Source: Candidatus Poribacteria bacterium
GTDB taxonomy: Bacteria; Poribacteria; WGA-4E; WGA-3G
NCBI GenBank assembly: GCA_965197475.1
Contig: CBDANF010000003.1
Location: 3,968,001 to 4,032,000, forward strand
Reading direction: 5' to 3'
Length of the DNA: 64,000 bases
In this document: piece by piece, positions 56,089-64,000 of the stretch
Layout of the letters: each line of letters begins with the position of its first letter
How positions within the stretch are numbered: position 1 is the first letter of the stretch
The notes under the pieces: generated by a model
Databases searched by the model: none
The model's input: the letters and a program-made list of their open reading frames with translations, nothing else
What the model was told of the DNA's origin: nothing
Position numbers and translations under genes: made by a program

Positions 56089-58521
56089 TTAAAATTCAAT
56101 CGTCAAGCCGAAATAGGGTAGCCGCGGAAGTTGATCAGTTTCTCCAATTTCATTCTCTTCAATTGTGAATTCCTCACCTTGTATCTCAAATGTTCCCGCT
56201 TCCTGAATAAACGTGATTTTATTTTTACGGTTGTATACATTTAGTATCTCAATGAAACCACCTATCTTCATTCCCATAAAGTCCCATTTTTTGCTAATCC
56301 TGAAATCTAATTTGTGATACGGTGCTAGTTTCGCACTCAAAGCTCGATCGAAACCTGCAAAGAGTGGGTTTAACCCGCGCGTCACTGGGTCTTGAATCAG
56401 TATAAATGTACTGATAGGTGCCTCAGATGTTCCGCTTAGATATTGCCACTTCGCGCCGATTTCGAAATCAAGACTGAAGTTATAGTTTGCCACAATGCTA
56501 ACGATGTGTGTATTATCAAAAAGATAAGGTTGATATGCAATGTCAGGATTTTCGCGCCGTTCTGCGTGCGTGTATGCATAAGATATCCACCCGAAGAACT
56601 TATCAGGAACACGATGGCGCAAGAACGTCTCTACACCGCCAACATACGAAGCACCATGATTGAGGAAATTTGACACCTCATCCTCGGTAATCAATTTCTG
56701 CATGTCTTTGTAATATGTAGCAAACTTCAATTCTGTTTGAGATGAGAGTTCATGTTCTATCTCCATGATATAGTGGCGCGCAAGACTGGATTTTAACGTT
56801 GTGTTCCCATTCTCTGATAATAGCTGAGAGAGTTGTGGACTCTGTTCATAATGTCCGTAAGCGAATCGAAGGTTAGAACCGATTGGAAGTGTGATACTTA
56901 CGCTCCCGCGTGGTTGAATGGAAACCTGCTCTATCAAATCAAGATAATCAAGCCGAACACCGAGCGCGACTGAAAGTGCAGGCAGAGGGTCGTATCGTGT
57001 TTGTAGATAGCCTTCAGCACGTTGTAAATCGTGTCCGAATTCATAGTCTCTTATATCAGTCGTGCGTACCCGCGCATTTCCATCATCGTCAAACTCTACC
57101 TTCTCTGGATCTGTTCGCAATAATTCTTGTAGTCTCTCTTCATCTGGAACTTCATCTTCAAATGCGGGAAAACTTGCATGTTCAGTACTATTTGCAGGAC
57201 TAAAAGCAAAGAGAAATCCCGGTTCAAGATGAAGTGTAGGTGTAAACCTATAAGACAGGTCTTCGCGGAGTGTATAGACAGGGACATTAACCTTTAATAG
57301 GTATTCAGCGGATTCTGTGGATCTTGAGATCAGCTCACCGTTTTCATCTCTATAGGTAGTTTCTGAGATGGTCGCATTAAAGTCTATATCGAGAAAGTTA
57401 AGTGATCGGGTAAGCGATAAATGTGAAGTGAGATTATCGGTGAAGTTTGAACGGAGATGGAATCCTTGCCCGTTGAATCCGTTTTTGAAAAAGGCAGAAG
57501 AAGTGAATGGCTGTGATTCCATTTCATCATCTCCTATCTGTAATTCCGCACTTGTTTCTTCAGATTCAAAATGAAAATGGTCTGTTGCCGCAAATGCATT
57601 AACTGTGAGATGATGTTTTTCAGTAAGCGGATAGGCAAACTTTAACTGATAATCAGAAAAATAGGGAAACTGCTGTTCTGATCCACTCTGCCTTTCAGCA
57701 ATAGGTCCAATGATAAGATCTAAGTAACTTCGTCGTCCGGAGACAGATAGATATCCCTTATCGCCGATTTTTCCTTCCAGTAACCCTTCAGAATACCAAA
57801 TATTGAGGTTGAATTTCCCATCAAACTTGTCATCAATACTGTCGCGTGCATGGATGTCAATCACGGATTGCGAATCTAAACCAAATTGCGCTCCGTATCC
57901 ACCTGCATAAATGTCAATTGTATCAATCGTTTCTGAACTGATGGTTGAAAGCAAACCGCCCCAATGGAACGGGTATCCGAGAGGTGTTCTGTCAAGATAG
58001 TAGAGATTAGATCCAGGTTCACTACCACGGATATAAAGCACACCAAAAAAATCGTTTGGAATGCCGATACTTGGGAGTGTTGTCAACCCCTTTAGTGCAT
58101 CGGTGCCTGCACCAGCGATCCGTAGAAGTTCGCTGCCGCGGATATCCTTACGGCTCACCGTTGGTGGAACGCGCTCCCCTTCAACGACGACTGTTTCTAA
58201 CTCAAATACTTCACCGAGGGACATTTTTGCTTGCGTGGTATGCCCTGCGGTTACCTCAACGGAGGTTCTTGTAGGCGTGGTAAAAGAGGGATGTGTGATT
58301 GTGAGGGTGTATGTGCCGGGCGCAACACCTGTGAACCAGACTTTTCCGTCTGTATCACTCTTTTGGCGTTCATCCGTTTCAAGGATGTGGACTTCTGCAC
58401 CTGCAAGTGGTTTTCCTGTATCTTTATTATAGACGGTGCCTTCAATAGTGCCTGTTTGTGCAAAAAGCGGCAAAGATGTGATAGTCAACAAAAATAGAAT
58501 TAGAAGAAAAAAATTTTTCAT
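56089..58521 (-). CDS. TonB-dependent receptor with N-terminal carboxypeptidase-regulatory-like domain
   Basis: Signal peptide; GTIEGTV; LETVVVEG; plug LYIRGS; GGYGAQFG; NVYNRKN; terminal Phe. Confidence 0.92.
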   Translation of the reverse strand: MKNFFLLILFLLTITSLPLFAQTGTIEGTVYNKDTGKPLAGAEVHILETDERQKSDTDGKVWFTGVAPGTYTLTITHPSFTTPTRTSVEVTAGHTTQAKMSLGEVFELETVVVEGERVPPTVSRKDIRGSELLRIAGAGTDALKGLTTLPSIGIPNDFFGVLYIRGSEPGSNLYYLDRTPLGYPFHWGGLLSTISSETIDTIDIYAGGYGAQFGLDSQSVIDIHARDSIDDKFDGKFNLNIWYSEGLLEGKIGDKGYLSVSGRRSYLDLIIGPIAERQSGSEQQFPYFSDYQLKFAYPLTEKHHLTVNAFAATDHFHFESEETSAELQIGDDEMESQPFTSSAFFKNGFNGQGFHLRSNFTDNLTSHLSLTRSLNFLDIDFNATISETTYRDENGELISRSTESAEYLLKVNVPVYTLREDLSYRFTPTLHLEPGFLFAFSPANSTEHASFPAFEDEVPDEERLQELLRTDPEKVEFDDDGNARVRTTDIRDYEFGHDLQRAEGYLQTRYDPLPALSVALGVRLDYLDLIEQVSIQPRGSVSITLPIGSNLRFAYGHYEQSPQLSQLLSENGNTTLKSSLARHYIMEIEHELSSQTELKFATYYKDMQKLITEDEVSNFLNHGASYVGGVETFLRHRVPDKFFGWISYAYTHAERRENPDIAYQPYLFDNTHIVSIVANYNFSLDFEIGAKWQYLSGTSEAPISTFILIQDPVTRGLNPLFAGFDRALSAKLAPYHKLDFRISKKWDFMGMKIGGFIEILNVYNRKNKITFIQEAGTFEIQGEEFTIEENEIGETDQLPRLPYFGLTIEF

Positions 58522-59144
58522 TATAGCGCGATGACTCCTGTTCTGGTGTGTTATGCACTATAAGACGTATAATTTAGATTTTTGTTGACTTTAAATTGGA
58601 TTTTCTGGAATGGGAAAGAATAGTTATACAGATGTGAACACTTCGTTGGTTCAGTTATTTTTGGCATGTATAAATAACTGACTGATATTTCTTACAATCG
58701 TCTGGTCCCTAATGATAATCACTTCAAAAAGGGTATAACATCATGAAAATGCGTTTTGACTTTATAAATTTACTTGATTTTTATCGCATGATCTATCATC
58801 CTAAATAGATATTGAAATCTGTAGAGATTTGATAAATACCAGATAAATTGCAAACTAAGCTGCACGCTCAATCGACCAATGGCGATCTGTGCTTGAACAA
58901 CAACAACACCCGGCATGTCCATCTGTGTCAACATCTGATTGACTTCGGCAAGTGTGAAGATCGAAACTGTGGAAGGACTAATGCCACACCCTTACAATAA
59001 GATAGGTGCGCAAACTTTACTACAACCTTACATCCTACGTGCGTATTTCCTTGCAATTATTTCTATATTAGGGTATCTTGTGGGTTACAAAATGTAAATT
59101 ACACAATAATTTACAACCGATTTTTATACCCTTCGGAGACTCAC

Positions 59145-60374
59145 ATGTCCAACCAGTTAGCGATTTCTGGCGGTACGCCTGTACGAAACACACAAACCCA
59201 CCCGTGGTCTTCCTGGCCGATACGGACATCTGATGAATGGGAATTGCAGATTGAGCCGTTGCTTCGTGATGTCTATATGAGTGGTAACGAAGGATTAGGT
59301 GGCACAATGATACCACGTTTTTGTGAGCAATATGCTGTATATTCTGGCACAAATTACGCCCTCTTTATGCCACACGGGACAGATTCTATCAGTGCAGCGT
59401 TAGCTGGTGCGCTTGACCTTGATGGGTTCAGCGATGGCGGAGAAGTCATCGTTCCAAACTATACGTTTGTAGCGACAGCAAGTGCTGTTTTGGAACGTAG
59501 ATGTACCGTCGCGTTTGTGGATATTTGCCCTAATACGTTTACGATTGATCCCGAAGCGGTAGCGGCTGCGATTCGATCAGAAACTTGTGCAATTCTCCCT
59601 GTCCACCTTGGTGGGCATCCTGCAGATATGGGAGCGTTACAAGAAATTGCCAAACATCATAAGCTTAAAATTATTGAAGATTGCGCGCAGGCACACGGTG
59701 CAGAATACCAAACAGAAAAGGTCGGCAGTCTCGGTGATGTGGGTGCATTTAGTTTTCAATCGTCGAAAAATCTTACTTCTGGTGAAGGTGGCATGGTTAC
59801 GACAGACGACAAAGATATCCACGACCGTGTTTGTGCCTTCATGAATGTGGGACGTGCGCCCGGCGGTGCAAGATGGGAATACCCGCGACTCGGATGGAAC
59901 TACCGTCCATCTGAATATCTCGCAGCAATCTTACTAGTGCGCTTAGAACTCCTTGAGGCGCAAACCGACCTTCGCAATCGAAATGCAACGTATCTCTCAA
60001 ATTCGTTGAAAATGATTTCTGGTATCACACCACCAAAACTTGCAGCCTGGGTTACAAAACATGGGTACCACCTTTACTGTATGAAGTATGATTCCGAAGG
60101 CTTCGGCGGAAAATCGAGACAGGAATTCGTCAATGCCCTATCTGCAGAAGGGATACCGTGTTCAATCGGTTACCGTTCTCCTTTATCTCAGGAACTGGGA
60201 ATGGCACACGTCGCTGATAAATACCCACACCTTATAAGGTCATTACCATGTCCAAATGCAGAATTAGTTTGTGATCAGAGTGTGTGGCTTTTCCAAAATC
60301 TTCTCCTTGGATCAGAATCAGACATGGATCAGATTGTGGAGGCTATCACCAAAATTAGTATGGCGTGGAACTAA
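59145..60374 (+). CDS. DegT/DnrJ/EryC1/StrS PLP-dependent aminotransferase
   Basis: YTFVATA, PVHLGG, EDCAQAHG, FSFQSSKNLTSGEGG. Confidence 0.93.
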   Translation: MSNQLAISGGTPVRNTQTHPWSSWPIRTSDEWELQIEPLLRDVYMSGNEGLGGTMIPRFCEQYAVYSGTNYALFMPHGTDSISAALAGALDLDGFSDGGEVIVPNYTFVATASAVLERRCTVAFVDICPNTFTIDPEAVAAAIRSETCAILPVHLGGHPADMGALQEIAKHHKLKIIEDCAQAHGAEYQTEKVGSLGDVGAFSFQSSKNLTSGEGGMVTTDDKDIHDRVCAFMNVGRAPGGARWEYPRLGWNYRPSEYLAAILLVRLELLEAQTDLRNRNATYLSNSLKMISGITPPKLAAWVTKHGYHLYCMKYDSEGFGGKSRQEFVNALSAEGIPCSIGYRSPLSQELGMAHVADKYPHLIRSLPCPNAELVCDQSVWLFQNLLLGSESDMDQIVEAITKISMAWN

Positions 60375-60383
60375 TCTTCAATT

Positions 60384-60465
60384 TATAGTAAATTCCGAAA
60401 ATATGTGAACACTCCATTGTAGGCACGGTTTCAAACCACGCCTACCGCAGTGTGTAAATATAGAA
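60384..60465. repeat. MITE-like left end plus REP-like hairpin GTAGGCACGGTTTCAAACCACGCCTAC
   Basis: tatagtaaattcc end similar to 5157 and 37380; GTAGGC/GCCTAC palindrome. Confidence 0.6.
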
Positions 60466-60544
60466 TAAATTGACATTAGATTCAAAATTTGCTATGCTCT
60501 TTATCTTATGATACCAAATCAACTTGATTAAACATCTTCTGATA

Positions 60545-60695
60545 CAAAGTTGGATAGCGACATGCCTCACTTAGTACGGACTGCTATGACTACTGTGCAC
60601 TTCATCTTTTACAGCAACTGCGGTTATAATGTTGTTGATTCGACATACGACTACGTCAAAGACATCTCTGAAACACAACCCCCGAGTAGTAATAC
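60545..60695 (+). pseudogene. 3' remnant of a third GNAT paralog
   Basis: KVG*RHASLSTDCYDYCALHLYSNCGYNVVDSTYDYVKDISE matches the C-termini of both downstream GNATs. Confidence 0.8.
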
Positions 60696-60733
60696 TAACC
60701 GTTCCTACTGCCCGTAAAAAAACAGACAAATAG

Positions 60734-61657
60734 ATGAAAATTGTCCAATATACGCCTGATATTCTTACACCTCTAACTCAATTTTACAATCGCTTAACCG
60801 CCGATGTGCCGCATTGCTACCCCGTAAAAGGGGAGGAATTCGCTACTGCGATGCGTGGAGTTACTATTTGTAAAGACAATAAAAAGCAGAGGGAACATGA
60901 GTCTGAAACAGCTTTCGTGACGATAGCTGATGGTACTGTGGAAGCGTTTATTCACGTTTGTCTAAGTCCGATTGAAGAAAACGGAGAAGAGAATATAGGT
61001 ATTATTCGGTTCTTAGGTTACGAACGCGGTGCGCGGCATGCTGGACAAGCCGTACTTGAAAAGGCGGAGACCTATCTGAAAACGTTTAACGTAACCAGAA
61101 TTTTCGCTTTCCGATCTGGTTTTGAATATCGTTTTTATCATCTTGAACACGCTAATCTATCGGATGCCCTTGATCAAGTTCATGCCCTCCTTGGATTCAA
61201 CGGATACCACCGTCTTCAGCGTTGGATCTTTTTAGACTGGGAAAACTACAATGTTAAACCGATACCATCACCTATACCGATAAAACTTTCTGTTGACTGG
61301 GTACAAGGACGTGGACAACGTCCAGACTGCATCGTAAAAGTCTACCGAGAGAATGAACAGATTGGTGAATGTTGTTCTGTCTCTGGCGGTGAGTTTTCAT
61401 CCCATCCTGATGCACAAAATTGGCTTCATACTATTTGGATCGAAATTGAAAATAAATATCAAGGGAAAGGTTTAGGTCGATATCTGCTTAACTACACGCT
61501 TCAAGAGATGCATAAGGTCGGATATCGGCACGCACAAATTAGCACGAGTTGGGATAATTATCGCGCCCTTCTCTTTTATAGCAACTGCGGTTATCGTGTT
61601 GTTGATAGGACTTATGAGTATGAAAAAGTCCTATTTGAAACTCCAACGCACGTGTAG
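60734..61657 (+). CDS. GNAT family N-acetyltransferase (two-domain)
   Basis: YQGKGLGRYLL, NYRALLFYSNCGY. Confidence 0.85.
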   Translation: MKIVQYTPDILTPLTQFYNRLTADVPHCYPVKGEEFATAMRGVTICKDNKKQREHESETAFVTIADGTVEAFIHVCLSPIEENGEENIGIIRFLGYERGARHAGQAVLEKAETYLKTFNVTRIFAFRSGFEYRFYHLEHANLSDALDQVHALLGFNGYHRLQRWIFLDWENYNVKPIPSPIPIKLSVDWVQGRGQRPDCIVKVYRENEQIGECCSVSGGEFSSHPDAQNWLHTIWIEIENKYQGKGLGRYLLNYTLQEMHKVGYRHAQISTSWDNYRALLFYSNCGYRVVDRTYEYEKVLFETPTHV

Positions 61658-61782
61658 AAATGCGCGATTCAAATGATTAGCACAACTTTAAGCGCAGCAT
61701 CTTATTCCCTGTTTCTGCAGTGGAAATAATGATGGAACAATTCTACTGTGGGATGCTCCATAAAAAGAGATAGAAAAAATTG

Positions 61783-62712
61783 ATGGAAATTTTTCAATAT
61801 ACACCCGGTTTTCTTGTTCCTTTAACGCAATTTTATAATCGCCTAACCGCCGACGTGCCGCATTGCTACCCCGTAAAGCAGGCAGAATTGGCTGCTGAGA
61901 TGAACGGTACTACTGGGCAAATCAAAATACCGATGATGTCCTTGATTCCGAAACTGCGTTTGTCGCAATGCAAAATGGTGTGGTGCTGGCGTTTATTCAC
62001 GTTGGTCATCATCGGTATGGAAAAAACGATGAAGTGCACGAAGGTGTTATTCGGTTTTTTGGGTTACGAACGCGGTGCGCGACATGCGGGACAAACCTTG
62101 CTTGAAAAAGCAGAAGCCTATCTGAATACGTTTAACGTACCTAAAATTATCGCTTTCTGTTCGCACGCTCGCTGCTATCGCTATGATTTTTATCATTTTA
62201 TGCACGCCAAACTTTCGATTACCCTTGATCATGTTCATGCCCTTCTTGGACACAACGGTTACCGTCCCCGCTATTGTCAAGTCTTCTTAGATTGGGAAAA
62301 CTACGCTGTCACACCAATACCTTCAAGACTGCCGGTAACACTATCTGTAGATTGGAAACAGGGACGTGGACAACGTCCAAACTGCACTGTGCGTGCCCAC
62401 CAAGAAGGTGAAAGGTTTGGTATCTGTTTGTCTGTCTGCGGTGGTGAGTTTTCAAGCCACGCCGATGCACAAGACTGGGTTTATACGGAATAGCTTAGTG
62501 TTGAAGATAGGTTTCAGGGAAAAGGTTTGGGGAAATACTTGCTTCAGTACTCACTTCAAGAGATGCACAAGGTCGGATACCGACACGCCTCACTTAGTAC
62601 TGAATGTTATGAATACCTTCCAATTCTTTTTTATAGCAACTGTGGATATCGAGTTGTAGATTGGACATACGATTATTTCAAAGATGTCTGCGAACCATCA
62701 ACGCAAAAGTAG
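61783..62712 (+). pseudogene. GNAT paralog pseudogene
   Basis: Collinear with the 60734 gene; compensating frameshifts near 61918 and 62058; TAG at 62491 where the paralog has TGG. Confidence 0.82.
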
Positions 62713-63059
62713 TCCAGGAAGTACGGCATATCATCCTCTATTTGTCTGCGTAATATGCCGCACCTCAATTGAAATGGAAACTACCAAATGAATGCTATCT
62801 TCGCAAACAGTTGGTTGACAGTCTCCTTTGCATCTTGATCACCGTAAACGAGATACAGAACGAAGTCTTCGCTGAACATGTATTTAAAGACAGCATTGAG
62901 ATTTGGCTTATGGTGTTTTGTCGAACGCAGCCTGAATGTAATCCATTTTTCAGTGCCTATTTCAACGTTTGCACTCGCTCGCAGAGAAAACTCACGGGTT
63001 TTGTTTCCATCCGGAAATGTCATAGCCGTCAATTTAGTGTGCTATATGCACTTAACATT

Positions 63060-63420
63060 GTAGGGCGGGTCCTGTGCCCGCCAAGCAGCACCAGCGGTGC
63101 GAAAGGTGTATAGAACATGCAACACTACCAAAAAACAAGTACCAGCGGGTGCGAAAGGTGAATCTCATACCTATGTCCCTTCATCAAGACAGATACACCT
63201 GTCGCCCTCTGGGGAAACCATACACATCCATAAAAAACGGATATATATTTTTAAATTGACTCCTATGGGTAGAACAACGTGAAACCCAACACGCTTTCAG
63301 GTTCGCGGCGGTTAATTGTTAGGTTTCGCTATACCTATCCATACAATAGGTGCTGAAACGCATAATTCCTGTGAATACTTGGTAACAGCAGATTGTTTTT
63401 TACCGCTCTACCTAACCTAC
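63060..63420. repeat. Cluster of degenerate REP-like and short direct repeats
   Basis: gtagggcgggtcctgtgcccgcc; accagcgg(g)tgcgaaaggtg twice; gggtagaac..gaaacccaac, gttaggtttcgct, gctctacctaacctac. Confidence 0.5.
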
Positions 63421-63648
63421 AAATACACTCGAATTCTTATTTCGAACTCCTGTTATTGTTAGGTTTCTGAAAAAATCTGGCACTAAAAACAAAATGGCTG
63501 AAGAAAATCTCATTTTGATGAAATGTTCAGCCAATTTTAACTTAGCACCAGATTATCCTGAGTTGTCTTCTTATATTTTGAATCACAGAGTGTTGAGATT
63601 TTTAGTAAGTATTCACAAATTGAGGAATACGTTTCGTGTTCTGCAACT

Positions 63649-64000
63649 TTAGGGATGATTAACTGAAGTATCAACGTTCACTTCCTGCAGAACCGCAGCT
63701 GCTTTCTTCGCTAAATCGGTTGTAGGATCACGTTTGATGACTCGGTTTAAATGAAGCACTGCGCGATCGTCGCCATTCCTTGCCAAGTCCAATGCCTCCG
63801 CAAACCCCTTGTTTCCGTAGCTGAAATCTCTCGGTATAACGGTGAGGTCAAGGTCTTTCCAGTAATATTTGAGTTCGTCAGAGTTCCAGTTCTCGTAAAC
63901 ATTGTCCCACTGCAACGAGTTGAAGATGTTCAGATGCGGCTCAAGCATGTGTTCTGCAATTGGGTCATCAACTGCCTGATAGCGATTGTCAAGCGACACA
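63649..64000 (-). CDS. 3' end of an unknown protein continuing beyond the window
   Basis: Frame open to the window edge; TPR-like terminal helices. Confidence 0.55.
   Translation of the reverse strand, partial: VSLDNRYQAVDDPIAEHMLEPHLNIFNSLQWDNVYENWNSDELKYYWKDLDLTVIPRDFSYGNKGFAEALDLARNGDDRAVLHLNRVIKRDPTTDLAKKAAAVLQEVNVDTSVNHP

Noticed and set aside
58740-59100. Cys/His-rich short frames upstream of the TonB receptor (possible metal-sensing leader or riboswitch)
   Set aside because: No convincing start, RBS or riboswitch consensus recognised
62491-62493. TAG read-through or recoding in the GNAT gene
   Set aside because: The same gene has frameshifts and many intact genes here end in TAG; simple pseudogenisation explains it
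62781-63032. 83-aa minus-strand ORF, faintly methyltransferase-like (VEIGT)
   Set aside because: Similarity too weak to call; may be a decayed fragment
1-64000. tRNA, rRNA, prophage or integron features
   Set aside because: None recognised by eye

Overview
Bacterial chromosomal window from a diderm organism. The three sulfatases, two PhyH dioxygenases, TPR proteins and a LamG protein ending in V-x-P-x-GK-x-x-TTWG-x-LK suggest Candidatus Poribacteria (inference). In order, the window holds: a Zn alcohol dehydrogenase; a heme operon (hemE, MBL/TPR gene, hemH, hemY/G) and a pentaheme cytochrome c; a ~4800-aa repeat-rich surface protein with a T9SS-type C-terminal domain behind three tandem sigma70 promoters, followed by a PorV-like beta-barrel and a LysM/coiled-coil/TM protein; a degenerate AccA-like gene; catabolic genes; two tandem RDD-PspA (bacterial ESCRT-III-like) fusion genes; a decayed ISKra4/ISLre2-like IS; an intact IS1595 element with passenger genes inserted at the 5' end of a LamG gene; a TonB-dependent receptor; a DegT aminotransferase; and a decaying GNAT array. 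Intergenic regions hold REP-like hairpins, several inside MITE-like ends. The best candidates for an undescribed system are the membrane-anchored RDD-PspA pair and the giant protein/PorV-like/LysM module. All calls come from motif recognition by eye; no database searches were run.
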